A DNA stretch of 63,668 bases, the filler included, from an uncultured Acidimicrobiia bacterium (GTDB taxonomy: Bacteria; Actinomycetota; Acidimicrobiia; Spongiisociales; JAOTWH01), in assembly GCA_964347285.1 (NCBI GenBank). It is 3 parts of 3 records of this genome, joined end to end, with 100 filler letters (N's around TTAATTAATTAA, not from the genome) between each part and the next. Parts side by side here need not be neighbours in the genome. Positions count along the whole stretch, not along the records: positions 1 to 26,867 come from CAYFYE010000026.1; 2 more parts are not named here. One strand, 5' to 3'. How positions within the stretch are numbered: position 1 is the first letter of the stretch; every line of letters begins with the position of its first letter. Below are positions 9,173 to 18,325 of this stretch, piece by piece. The position numbers were made by a program, and so were the translations under genes. Below the pieces are notes generated by a model. That model made no database searches and was not told the DNA's origin. It worked only from the letters and a program-made list of their open reading frames with translations.

Positions 9173-10180
9173 ATGGGAGGCCGACGCACCAATCTGGCCG
9201 TGGCGGCCGTGCTCGTCGGAGCCGTCGTCACCGGCGCAGCCGCTTTCGCAGTCGGGACCGGGTGGGCCCGCTGGCCGGTGGTAGCTCACGGCATGGCCGG
9301 GCTGGCGGTCGTGATCCTCACCCCCTGGAAGTCGCTGATCGTTCGAAGGGGTCTGGCCAGGAAGCGGCCGGGGAGGGCCGCTTCCATCGTTCTCGGCGTC
9401 TTGGTCCTGACCGCACTGGCGAGCGGCATCCTCTTCGCCACCGTCGGCCGAGGCCTTCGCTATGGGCCCCTCAACGCCATGCAGGTGCACGTCGGCTCGG
9501 CACTGCTGGCCCTACCCGTCGCCCTGTACCACGTATGGTCGCGGCGAGGCAGCGCCCCGCCCACCGACTTCTCTCGTCGCGACTTCCTGCGGACCGGAGG
9601 CCTGGCGGCGGGAGCCGGCCTCCTCTACGTCGCCACCGAGGGCCTGAACCGAGCCTTGTCGCTGCCGGGAGCAGATCGGCGTTTCACGGGTTCCTACGAG
9701 AAGGGTTCCTTCGTGCCGCAGGCAATGCCGGTGACCCAATGGCTCAACGATGCAGTCCCCCGGATCGAGGCGGCCACCTGGCGGCTCGTCGTCGTGACCT
9801 CGAGCGGCCGGCAGACCTGGACCCTCGACTCGCTGTCGAGCTTCACCGACGAGATCACGGCCATCCTCGACTGCACCGGCGGCTGGCACTCCACGCAGCG
9901 GTGGGAAGGGGTGCGGCTCGACCGGCTCATCGGCCCCGACGGTGGAGCCAGCTTCGTGGTGCGCTCGGCCACCGGCTACCGGCGCCGCTACCCGTTGGGG
10001 GACGCCTCCGCCATGCTGGTGGCCGTCCGGGTGGGTGGAGAGCCCCTCAGCGCCGGCCACGGCTTCCCGGCCCGAATCGTTGCCCCGGGGAGACGGGGCT
10101 TTTGGTGGGTGAAGTGGGTGACCGAGATCGAGGTCGATGATCGGCCGTGGTGGTGGCAGTCGCCGTTCCCGTTGACCTGA
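9173..10180 (+). CDS. Molybdopterin-dependent oxidoreductase (sulfite oxidase/MsrP-like) with N-terminal membrane domain
   Basis: 'LDCTGGW...WEGVRL', 'EPLSAGHGFPARIVAPGRRGFWWVKWVTEIEV'; four N-terminal TM helices, then SRRDFL. Confidence 0.85.
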   Translation: MGGRRTNLAVAAVLVGAVVTGAAAFAVGTGWARWPVVAHGMAGLAVVILTPWKSLIVRRGLARKRPGRAASIVLGVLVLTALASGILFATVGRGLRYGPLNAMQVHVGSALLALPVALYHVWSRRGSAPPTDFSRRDFLRTGGLAAGAGLLYVATEGLNRALSLPGADRRFTGSYEKGSFVPQAMPVTQWLNDAVPRIEAATWRLVVVTSSGRQTWTLDSLSSFTDEITAILDCTGGWHSTQRWEGVRLDRLIGPDGGASFVVRSATGYRRRYPLGDASAMLVAVRVGGEPLSAGHGFPARIVAPGRRGFWWVKWVTEIEVDDRPWWWQSPFPLT

Positions 10181-10201
10181 GCGGCGGGTCGCCGACGGTT
10201 C

Positions 10202-11713
10202 CTACGGCCCCAAGGCCAAGGTGGCGGTGGCATCGCCGAAGAACGCCAGCAGCTGGGGGAAGAACCCGACCACCACCACCGCCACGGCGGTGATGCCGAG
10301 GGCGAGGGTGAGCGACGGCGCCAGCTCGGTGGCCTCAGCCTCCTGGGGGGCAATGGTCTCGGGGACCGAGTCCATCCAAGCGCTCTTGACCACCTTGGCG
10401 TAGTAGTAGAAGGCCACCACTGCGTTGACGGCGGCGATGGCGGCCAGGAGCCCGGCCCACACGTTGCCCGACGCTCCCAGCACGGCCTGGAACATCACGA
10501 ACTTGGCGAACCATCCGGCCAGGGGCGGGATCCCGGCCAGCGAGAAGAAGAACACGGCCAGCAGGGTCGCCAGGGCGGGGGCGTAGGAAAACAGCCCGGC
10601 CCAATCATCGACCTCGGCCGAGTCGGTCTTGCGAGCCACGCCGATCACCACGGCGAAGGCTCCGAGGTTCATGAACGCATAGATGAGCAGGTAGGTGACC
10701 GTGGCCGAGAAGGCGTTCTCCAGGCCGGCCGCATCGAGGGAGGCGGCCATGGCGAACGGCACCAGGATGAAGCCGCCCTGGGCAATCGAGCTGTAGCCGA
10801 GCAGCCTAATCACGTCGGTCTGACGCAGGGCGATCAGGTTGCCGACCGTCATCGACAGCGCCGCCAGGATCCAGATGGCCGGACCCCACAGCTCCCGCAG
10901 CTCGCCGAAGGCCAGGAAGCACATCGACAGCAGGCCCACGAACCCGGCCGTCTTGGATCCCACCGACAGGTAGGCGGCCACCGGGATGGGTGCCCCCTGA
11001 TAGGTGTCGGGAGCCCAGAAGTGGAAGGGAACCGCCGACACCTTGAAGCCGAAGCCGCCGATGACGAACAGGACGCCGAGGAACAGGAGGGGCTCATCGG
11101 TGAGGTTCTCGGTCAGCGGGCTGGGCCCCCGCATGGCCTCGCGAATGCCCTCGAAGGTGGTTTGGCCGGTCACCCCATACACGAGCGACATGCCGAACAG
11201 CAGGATCGCCGCCGACAGCACCCCGATGATGAAGAACTTCAGGGCCGCCTCGTTGGAGCGGGCGTCCGCCTTGCGCCAGCCGGCCAGGAGGAAGCCGGGT
11301 GCCGACACCAGCTCGACCCCGATGAAGATCGTGATGAGGTCACGGGCCGAGGCCATCACCACCGCGCCCAACACCGACGACAGCAGCAGGAAGTAGAACT
11401 CCCCCTGGTAGTAGCGGTCGCCCTCGACGTAGCCCACCGACATCAGCAGCGACAGGAACCCGGCGATGATGAAGAGGCCCTTGAGGACGAGGGCGAAGTC
11501 GTCGACCACGTACGAGTCACCAAACAGCGAGCGATCCTCTTCCGCCAGGAGCGCCAGGCTCAGCACCGGGAACGCGGCCGCTACCAGGCCGGTCAACCCG
11601 GCCACGGCGGTGTAGTACTTGGGCACCTCCAAGAAATCGACGACCAGGACCACCACCAGCGTTATCCCGAGGATGATCTCGGGGGCGAGGGCGTGGTAGT
11701 CGATCTCGATCAT
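10202..11713 (-). CDS. nuoN: NADH-quinone oxidoreductase subunit N
   Basis: 'EAALKFFIIG', 'FKVSAVPFHFWAPDTYQGAP', 'SLAGIPPLAGWFAK'; last gene of nuo operon. Confidence 0.95.
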   Translation of the reverse strand: MIEIDYHALAPEIILGITLVVVLVVDFLEVPKYYTAVAGLTGLVAAAFPVLSLALLAEEDRSLFGDSYVVDDFALVLKGLFIIAGFLSLLMSVGYVEGDRYYQGEFYFLLLSSVLGAVVMASARDLITIFIGVELVSAPGFLLAGWRKADARSNEAALKFFIIGVLSAAILLFGMSLVYGVTGQTTFEGIREAMRGPSPLTENLTDEPLLFLGVLFVIGGFGFKVSAVPFHFWAPDTYQGAPIPVAAYLSVGSKTAGFVGLLSMCFLAFGELRELWGPAIWILAALSMTVGNLIALRQTDVIRLLGYSSIAQGGFILVPFAMAASLDAAGLENAFSATVTYLLIYAFMNLGAFAVVIGVARKTDSAEVDDWAGLFSYAPALATLLAVFFFSLAGIPPLAGWFAKFVMFQAVLGASGNVWAGLLAAIAAVNAVVAFYYYAKVVKSAWMDSVPETIAPQEAEATELAPSLTLALGITAVAVVVVGFFPQLLAFFGDATATLALGP

Positions 11714-11716
11714 CGG

Positions 11717-13288
11717 CTACCCACCGAACGCCGCCCGGACCAGGTTCTCGACGGCGCCGTCGGTGGCCCCGAAGACGATCTTGGGGAAGACCCCGATCAC
11801 GAGAATGCCGGCCAGCAGCGGCACCCAGGCGGTCAGCTCGAAGCCGTCGGCGTCGTGCCACTCCCGCCCCGTCCACTCCTCGCCCGGCTCCCCCAGGTTG
11901 ACCTTCTGCAGCATCCACAGCATGTAGGCGGCGGTCAGGATGGTGCCGACCGCCCCAAGGACCATGGCGGTGCGGAACACGCCGAGACTGAGCCCGTCGA
12001 GCGGGTTGTAGGAGCCGAACAGGGCCATGAACTCGCCCCAGAACCCGGCCAGCCCGGGAAGACCGAGCGACGCCATCGCCACGAACCCGAAGATGCCCCC
12101 CAGCATCGGCATGAGCTTGAGGTTGCCGCCGAGGCGGGCCATCTGGCGGGTGTGGTAGCGATGCTGCATCGAGCCGGCCAGGAAGAACAGCATGCCGGTG
12201 ATGATCCCGTGAGCCACCATCCCGATCACCGCGGCGTTGATGCCGACCTCGGTCAGGGTGGCGATCCCGAGCATGACGAAGCCCATGTGCCCCACCGAGG
12301 AAAAGGCGATGAGCCGCTTCATGTCGGTTTGGGCCAGGCAGGCCAGGGCGCCGTAAATGATGGCGATGACGGCGAGGATGGCGATGGCCGGGGCCCACTC
12401 CTGGGCCTCCTCGGGCAGGATCGGCAGGCTGATGCGGATGAAGCCGTAACTCCCGAGCTTGAGGAGGATGGCCGCCAGCAACACCGAGCCCACGGTGGGA
12501 GCGGCGGTGTGGGCGTCGGGTAGCCAGGTGTGCAGGGGCCACATCGGCACCTTGACGGCAAAGCCCAGGAACAGGGCGGCAAACACCCAGAAGCCGAACG
12601 TGCCGGCGAACATCCCGGCCCGGCCCATCTCCGACAGCGCCACGATGTCGAACGTGTGCGGCTCGGCCCGGAAGAAGAGGGCGATGAAACCCAGCAGCAT
12701 GAAGGCCGAGCCGAACAGCGTGAACAGGAAGAACTTGATGGCTGCGTACAGGCGGGTCTCCACCTCACGCCGAAAGCCGGGCAGCTTCACCAAGGTGCGG
12801 TCTCCCCAGATCCCGATCATGAAGTACATGGGAAGCAGCACCAGTTCGAAGAAGATGAAGAACAGCACCAGATCGAGGGCCACGAAGGTGCCGGCCATGC
12901 CGGTGGCCAGCACCAACATCAGCACGAGGAACGCCTTGGGGTTGTGCGGCTCGGGCCAGTGATTCCACGAGTAGACGATCGAGAGAAACGTGATGAGCGT
13001 CGACAGCACGACCAGAGGCAAGCTGATGCCGTCGACCCCGATGTGGTAGTTGGCGTTGATGGCGCTGATCCAGGTCAGGTCGGTCCCCAGCTGGAATCGC
13101 TCGGAATCGCCCAGGTCGAAGCGGAAGATGGCGATCACCGACAGGACGAAAGAGACGGCGGTGAACACGAGGGCGGTCGCCTTGATGACCTCTTCCTGGG
13201 AACGAGGCGTGGCCAGCACGATCAAGGCCCCCACCAGGGGCAGCATCACCACCAGGCTCAACCCCCAGCCGCTGTCGAACCACTCCAT
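11717..13288 (-). CDS. nuoM: NADH-quinone oxidoreductase subunit M
   Basis: 'FAVKVPMWPLHTWLPDAHTAAP', 'DMKRLIAFSSVGHMG'. Confidence 0.96.
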   Translation of the reverse strand: MEWFDSGWGLSLVVMLPLVGALIVLATPRSQEEVIKATALVFTAVSFVLSVIAIFRFDLGDSERFQLGTDLTWISAINANYHIGVDGISLPLVVLSTLITFLSIVYSWNHWPEPHNPKAFLVLMLVLATGMAGTFVALDLVLFFIFFELVLLPMYFMIGIWGDRTLVKLPGFRREVETRLYAAIKFFLFTLFGSAFMLLGFIALFFRAEPHTFDIVALSEMGRAGMFAGTFGFWVFAALFLGFAVKVPMWPLHTWLPDAHTAAPTVGSVLLAAILLKLGSYGFIRISLPILPEEAQEWAPAIAILAVIAIIYGALACLAQTDMKRLIAFSSVGHMGFVMLGIATLTEVGINAAVIGMVAHGIITGMLFFLAGSMQHRYHTRQMARLGGNLKLMPMLGGIFGFVAMASLGLPGLAGFWGEFMALFGSYNPLDGLSLGVFRTAMVLGAVGTILTAAYMLWMLQKVNLGEPGEEWTGREWHDADGFELTAWVPLLAGILVIGVFPKIVFGATDGAVENLVRAAFGG

Positions 13289-13300
13289 GCCTCTCGCCTC

Positions 13301-15307
13301 CTATGCGAAGATGATGAACCCTGCTACCAACAGCACGACGCCCACGAAGAGCGCCGCGGCGTACTGCTGGACCTTGCCCGACTGCGTGTAGCGCAGTGCT
13401 CCGCCGGCCTCGCCGGTGACGAAGCCGGCGGCGTTGATGCCGAAGTCGACGCCCCGCTGGTCGATGCCCACGTAGACGAACGCGGCCAGCACCCGAGTCA
13501 GGTACCCGGCCAGATTGACCAAGCCGTCGATGATGGCCTGGTTGGTCCAGTTGATGAACCGGGCCAAGGGACCGCGGGTCGGCTCGATCAGCGTCACCTG
13601 ATAGAGATCGTCGACGTAGTACTTGTGGCGCAGCAGCGGATAGAGCAGCGGCACCTCGACCCGATCGCGCTGCCGCTGGGTGACGGCGTCGGGGGCGAAC
13701 GCCAGGTAGCCGGCGTAGATCCCGGCCAACCCCACCGCCAGGCCGATGGCGGCCAGCCCGAAGTTGAAGCTCTCGGCATGGAACTCCACGATCGGCACCG
13801 CCCGGGCCGTCACCCAGTCGGTGAAGCCGGTGAACAGGCCGGGCACGTTGGTGAAGCCGGCCACGGTGGCCAGCACCGCCAGGCCGACCAACGGCCTGGT
13901 CATGATCGGCGGAGACTCGTGGGGCTCGCCGTCGCCCTTGAAGTCGCCCCAGAACGCCAGGTAGGTGGCCCGGGCCATGTAGAAGGCGGTGACGAAGGCT
14001 CCCCCGATCGCCACCACCAGCGCCGCCGTCTGCCCCTCATGGCTCATCGAGGCCAGGATCTCGTCTTTGGAGAAGAACCCCGACAGCGGGAAGATGGCGG
14101 CCAGGGCCAGGGCCCCCACTACCCAGGTCCAGAAGGTGGTGGGCATGTACTTGCGCAGCCCCCCCATGTCGCCCAGGTTGTTGGAGTGGACGGCATGGAT
14201 CATCGAGCCGGCGCACAGGAACAACAGGCCTTTGAAGAAGGCGTGGGTGAAGAGGTGGAAGATACCGGCGGTGTAGGCCCCGGCCCCCAGGGCGGCGGTC
14301 ATGTAGCCCAGCTGGCTCACCGTGGAGTAGGCCAGCACCTTCTTTACGTCGTCCTGGACCAGGGCCAAGAGCCCCATGGCGAACAGCGTGACCACCCCGA
14401 CGACGATGACCATCGTTCGCACGTCGGAGGCCATGTCCTCGTAGAAGGGGAACAGGCGACCGACCAGGTAGACCCCGGCGGTGACCATCGTGGCGGCGTG
14501 CACCAGCGAGGACACCGGAGTAGGCCCGGCCATGGCGTCCGGCAGCCACACGTGGAAGGGGACCTGGGCGCTCTTGCCCATCGCCCCGATGAACAGCAGC
14601 ACCCCGCCGACGATGGCCACGTCGGCCAGGGCGCTGTCTCCGGCGGCGGCCGCCTCGAGGAGGTCGGTGAAGCGGAACGAGCCCACCGCCGTGCCGACCA
14701 CGATCACCCCCAGCACCAAGCCGACGTCGGCGATCTTGTTGGTGAGGAAGGCCTTGATGCCGGCGTCGGAGTTGGCCTTCTCCTCCCACCAGTGTCCGAT
14801 CAGCAGATAGGAGGCCAGCCCGACTCCTTCCCAGCCGACGATCAGTTGAATCATGTTCGGCGAGGACACCAGCACCAGCATCGACCCGGCAAAGAAGGTG
14901 AAGGCGGCGAAGAAGAAGGTGTAGCGGACGTCGCCTTCCATGTAGCCCCGGGCGTAGACGAACACGGCGAAACCGACCACCCCGACCAGGGCGTACAACG
15001 TGATCGACAGCCCGTCGACCACCCAGCCCCACTCGATGGCGAAATCCCCGATCCGGACGATCTCGAAGGAATCTTGAAAGGCGATTCCGTCGCCCATGTT
15101 GGCGAAGAACAGGACCACTCCATAGAGGGCGACGAAGCCCAGCGACCCCACCGCCAGCTCCCAGCCTCGGTAAGGCAACCGCTTGCCGAAGAAGGTGATG
15201 GCGAAGGTTGCCGCCAGGGGCACGACCACGATCAGCCAGGCCCCCTCGGCGAGGAGCCCTCCGTCGGACAAGCCGGCGGCCGGTTCCTCGGCGGCGAGGA
15301 GAGCCAT
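13301..15307 (-). CDS. nuoL: NADH-quinone oxidoreductase subunit L
   Basis: 'GKSAQVPFHVWLPDAMAGPTPVSSLVHAATMV', 'HLFTHAFFKGLLF'. Confidence 0.96.
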   Translation of the reverse strand: MALLAAEEPAAGLSDGGLLAEGAWLIVVVPLAATFAITFFGKRLPYRGWELAVGSLGFVALYGVVLFFANMGDGIAFQDSFEIVRIGDFAIEWGWVVDGLSITLYALVGVVGFAVFVYARGYMEGDVRYTFFFAAFTFFAGSMLVLVSSPNMIQLIVGWEGVGLASYLLIGHWWEEKANSDAGIKAFLTNKIADVGLVLGVIVVGTAVGSFRFTDLLEAAAAGDSALADVAIVGGVLLFIGAMGKSAQVPFHVWLPDAMAGPTPVSSLVHAATMVTAGVYLVGRLFPFYEDMASDVRTMVIVVGVVTLFAMGLLALVQDDVKKVLAYSTVSQLGYMTAALGAGAYTAGIFHLFTHAFFKGLLFLCAGSMIHAVHSNNLGDMGGLRKYMPTTFWTWVVGALALAAIFPLSGFFSKDEILASMSHEGQTAALVVAIGGAFVTAFYMARATYLAFWGDFKGDGEPHESPPIMTRPLVGLAVLATVAGFTNVPGLFTGFTDWVTARAVPIVEFHAESFNFGLAAIGLAVGLAGIYAGYLAFAPDAVTQRQRDRVEVPLLYPLLRHKYYVDDLYQVTLIEPTRGPLARFINWTNQAIIDGLVNLAGYLTRVLAAFVYVGIDQRGVDFGINAAGFVTGEAGGALRYTQSGKVQQYAAALFVGVVLLVAGFIIFA

Positions 15308-15612
15308 CACCATTTCATCACGTCCAATTCGTCCACGTTGGCGCTACGGCGGTTCCTGAAGATGAGCAGCACGATCGCCAGGCCCATGCCCACCTCGGCG
15401 GCGGCCACCGCGATCACAAACAGCGCGAACACCTGGCCGGAGGCCAGTTGGTCCTGCCAGAAGGCGCCGAAGGCCACCAGGTTGATACTCACCGAGGCCA
15501 GCATCAGCTCGACAGAGAGCAACACCATCACCGCGTTGCGCCGGACCAGCACTCCGTACACCCCCAATGAGAACAGGGCCGCCGACACCACGATGAACTG
15601 GCTCACCGTCAC
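15307..15612 (-). CDS. nuoK: NADH-quinone oxidoreductase subunit K
   Basis: 'GVYGVLVRRN...SVELML', 'AVAAAEVGMGLAI'. Confidence 0.96.
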   Translation of the reverse strand: MTVSQFIVVSAALFSLGVYGVLVRRNAVMVLLSVELMLASVSINLVAFGAFWQDQLASGQVFALFVIAVAAAEVGMGLAIVLLIFRNRRSANVDELDVMKW

Positions 15613-16139
15613 TGCGCCTCGTCCTCCTCCGGATCGCGGCGGGCCAGCACGATGCCGCCGATCAGCGCCGCCAACAGCAAGAACGACACCACTTCGAACG
15701 GCACCACGAAACGCTCGAAGATCGAGGTGCCGAGATCACCGGTGCGCACCACCGCCTCGTTGACGGCCTGATCCTCGAACAGCGTGATTCCCGACCCCAC
15801 CATCAGGCCGAACACCGCCACCGCCACCAGCGCCGCCGGCCAGCGGCGGTCGTGGTCCAGGGCAACGTCGTAGCCCATCGGCGCCCGGGTGATCATGATC
15901 CCGAAGAGGAAGAGCACGATGACTGCCCCGATCGAGATGAGCACGACCGTCCAGGCGACGAACTCGGCTCCCAGCAGCAAGAACAGACCGGCCGATCCGG
16001 CCAGAGCCGCCACCAGGAAGAGGACGGCATGGACCACGTTGCGGGAGGTCACCACCCGAAACGCCGCCCCCACCATCGCCAGAGCGATGATCAGGAACAC
16101 CCAATTGCCGCTCTCCGAGACCCAGTCGCCGAACGTCAT
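15609..16139 (-). CDS. nuoJ: NADH-quinone oxidoreductase subunit J
   Basis: '[11 protein letters not shown]', 'LGAEFVAW', '[21 protein letters not shown]'; ATG overlaps nuoI stop. Confidence 0.93.
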   Translation of the reverse strand: MTFGDWVSESGNWVFLIIALAMVGAAFRVVTSRNVVHAVLFLVAALAGSAGLFLLLGAEFVAWTVVLISIGAVIVLFLFGIMITRAPMGYDVALDHDRRWPAALVAVAVFGLMVGSGITLFEDQAVNEAVVRTGDLGTSIFERFVVPFEVVSFLLLAALIGGIVLARRDPEEDEAQ

Positions 16140-16606
16140 GACTTCTCCAGCGCCGGGGCGTTGGGAACCGTATCGAGCCAATCGGTGAGCCGGTCCTTGT
16201 CGTGGAGCATGTCCGAGATGTGCGCCTCGGAGTACTCGTAATCGGGGCTCCAGAACAGAGCGTCGAAGGGGCACACCTCGACGCAGATGCCGCAGTACAT
16301 GCAGAGGGCGTAGTCGATGTCGAAGCGGTCGAGAGTGGCCCGGGTGCGGGGACGGCCACCCGGCTTGGACGGGGGCTGCTCCTCCTTGTGGCCCTCGATG
16401 TAGATGCACCAATCAGGGCATTCCCGGGCGCACAGCATGCACACGGTGCACGCCTCGGGATCGAGGGCGATCACCCCCCGGGCCCGGGGCACCGGAATCT
16501 CCTTCTCGACCGGGTACTGGACGGTCACCGGGCGGGTGAGCAGGGTGCGCAGGGTCACCCACATGCCTTTGGCCAGGCCGATGAGCGGGATCTTGGGACG
16601 GGCCAT
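16136..16606 (-). CDS. nuoI: NADH-quinone oxidoreductase subunit I (2x4Fe-4S)
   Basis: Two CxxCxxCxxxCP motifs; 'VTVQYP'. Confidence 0.95.
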   Translation of the reverse strand: MARPKIPLIGLAKGMWVTLRTLLTRPVTVQYPVEKEIPVPRARGVIALDPEACTVCMLCARECPDWCIYIEGHKEEQPPSKPGGRPRTRATLDRFDIDYALCMYCGICVEVCPFDALFWSPDYEYSEAHISDMLHDKDRLTDWLDTVPNAPALEKS

Positions 16607-17649
16607 CAGAAGATCACCTTGAACATCCCGGTGAGGCCGATGTTCAACAGTGCCAGCGGGATCAGCCACCTCCAGGCCAGCGACTGGAGCTGGTCCTCTC
16701 GCAATCGAGGGAACGTCCAGCGCATCCAGATGAACACGAACACCAGGATCGTGATCTTGGCAACCACCACCAGCGGACCGAGGATGTCCAGGGCGTCGCC
16801 CTCCACCCCCGGCACGTAGTAGCCGCCCAGGAAGAGGGTGGCGGCAATGGCGGCCAAGCTGATCATGCCGGCGTACTCGCCGAGGAAGAAGGCGGCAAAC
16901 CGAAAGCCGGAATATTCGGTGAGGTAGCCCATGACCAGCTCCGACTCGGCGATCGGCATGTCGAAGGGAATGCGGGCCAGCTCGGCCAGGCTGGCGGTCA
17001 CGAAGATGGCGAAGCCGATGATCTGGCCGGTGAGAACGTAGGGGAGGGCGATGCCGGTGCTGCCGATGTGGAACACCGGCTCAGCTTGGGCCTGGACGAT
17101 GCCCTGCAGCGACAGGGTCCCGGCCTGAACGGCGACCCCGACGGCCGCCAGCACGAGCGGGAGCTCATAGGCGATGAGCTGGCCGGCCGCCCGCAGGCCC
17201 CCGATCAGCGAGTACTTGTTGGCCGACGACCACCCCGCCATCAGCACGCCGATGGTGGTGATGGAGGAGATGGCCAGCAGGTAGAAGAGGCCCAGGTCGA
17301 GGTCGCGCACGATGAGGCGCGGGCTGAAGGGGATGATGACGAAGGTGGCCACCGTTCCACCCAGCACCAGGTAAGGAGCTGCCTTGTAGACGAACCGGTC
17401 GGCCTCCTCGGGGACGAGGTCCTCCTTCTGCAGGAACTTGAGGCCGTCGGCCAACGGCTGGGCCCAGCCCCAACGTCCGCCGGCGAAGTAGGGACCAATG
17501 CGGCTCTGCATGTGGGCCGAGATCTTCAGCTCGCCGTAGATGGCTCCGATGGCAGCCGCCGGGATGAAGGCGGCAATCAGGCCGAGCTTGATCACCAGCA
17601 ACACCCAGAAGTTGTCGAAGAACGAAGCACCAAACAAGAAACCGTCCAT
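16606..17649 (-). CDS. nuoH: NADH-quinone oxidoreductase subunit H
   Basis: 'QSRIGP', '[14 protein letters not shown]', '[14 protein letters not shown]', '[12 protein letters not shown]'. Confidence 0.95.
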   Translation of the reverse strand: MDGFLFGASFFDNFWVLLVIKLGLIAAFIPAAAIGAIYGELKISAHMQSRIGPYFAGGRWGWAQPLADGLKFLQKEDLVPEEADRFVYKAAPYLVLGGTVATFVIIPFSPRLIVRDLDLGLFYLLAISSITTIGVLMAGWSSANKYSLIGGLRAAGQLIAYELPLVLAAVGVAVQAGTLSLQGIVQAQAEPVFHIGSTGIALPYVLTGQIIGFAIFVTASLAELARIPFDMPIAESELVMGYLTEYSGFRFAAFFLGEYAGMISLAAIAATLFLGGYYVPGVEGDALDILGPLVVVAKITILVFVFIWMRWTFPRLREDQLQSLAWRWLIPLALLNIGLTGMFKVIF

Positions 17650-17821
17650 CAACCCACTGCCTCTCGGCGAGGGCTGCATCCGCCCGAGCGTGGTTGGCTC
17701 AAGGCGAGGCCTGCGGCCGAGCCACGCGTGGCCTCCGGCGAACGCGGAAGCAGGCCGCTCCTCGGCCACCACAGGCCAGGCCGTGAGGTGTGAAGAGAAG
17801 CGGCAAAGGGAAGCAGTCCGC

Positions 17822-18325
17822 TCATCGGTCCACGTCTCCCAAGACGAAATCGAGCGAGCCGAGGATGGCGATGATGTCCGGGACCCCGTCCCCTCGTCGC
17901 CGCCCGGCGATGCCGTAGGCCGAGTGGTGTCGGGACGCCGGGCGCCGACGTGCTGCCGCCCCCTCGGACCAGCGGCGTGGCGAGCGCGAGGCGCTCGCCT
18001 GTCTCCAACCACGTTGCCGCGTCGCCAATGGAGCGAAGCTGGTCATCGGTCCACGTCCCAAGACGAAATCGAGCGAGCCGAGGATGGCAATGATGTCCGG
18101 GACCCCGTCTCCTCGTCGCCGCCCGGCGATGCCGTAGGCCGAGTGGTGTCGGGACGCCGGGCGCCGACGTGCTGCCGCCCCCTCGGACCAGCGGCGTGGC
18201 GAGCGCGAGGCGCTCGCCTGTCTCCAACCACGTTGCCGCGTCGCCAATGGAGCGAAGCTGGTCATCGGTCCACGTCTCCCAAGACGAAATCGAGTGAGCC
18301 GAGAATGGCGATGATGTCCGGGACC
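17822..18325 (-). repeat. Tandem array: three copies of the last 62-64 bp of nuoD separated by two copies of a 157-bp structured element
   Basis: nuoD-end copies at 18262-18325 (gene), 18043-18104 (2-bp deletion) and 17822-17885; element copies at 18105-18261 and 17886-18042 differ by one base. Confidence 0.95.

Noticed and set aside
12530..15763. 1077-aa + strand ORF and similar long ORFs (e.g. 54933-58283, 39361-41550)
   Set aside because: Antisense shadow frames of clear genes, expected in high-GC DNA
17886..18042. Element as an IS110 bridge RNA or a pistol/HDV ribozyme
   Set aside because: No convincing target-matching loops or ribozyme consensus found by eye in both variants, and no recombinase nearby; left open for a covariance-model search
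17822..18325. Repeat-spacer-repeat pattern read as a CRISPR array or as pure misassembly
   Set aside because: Spacers are near-identical, repeats are 62-64 bp of nuoD coding sequence, and no cas genes are present; the copies differ by SNPs and an indel and a diverged relative exists at 26551, arguing against simple misassembly
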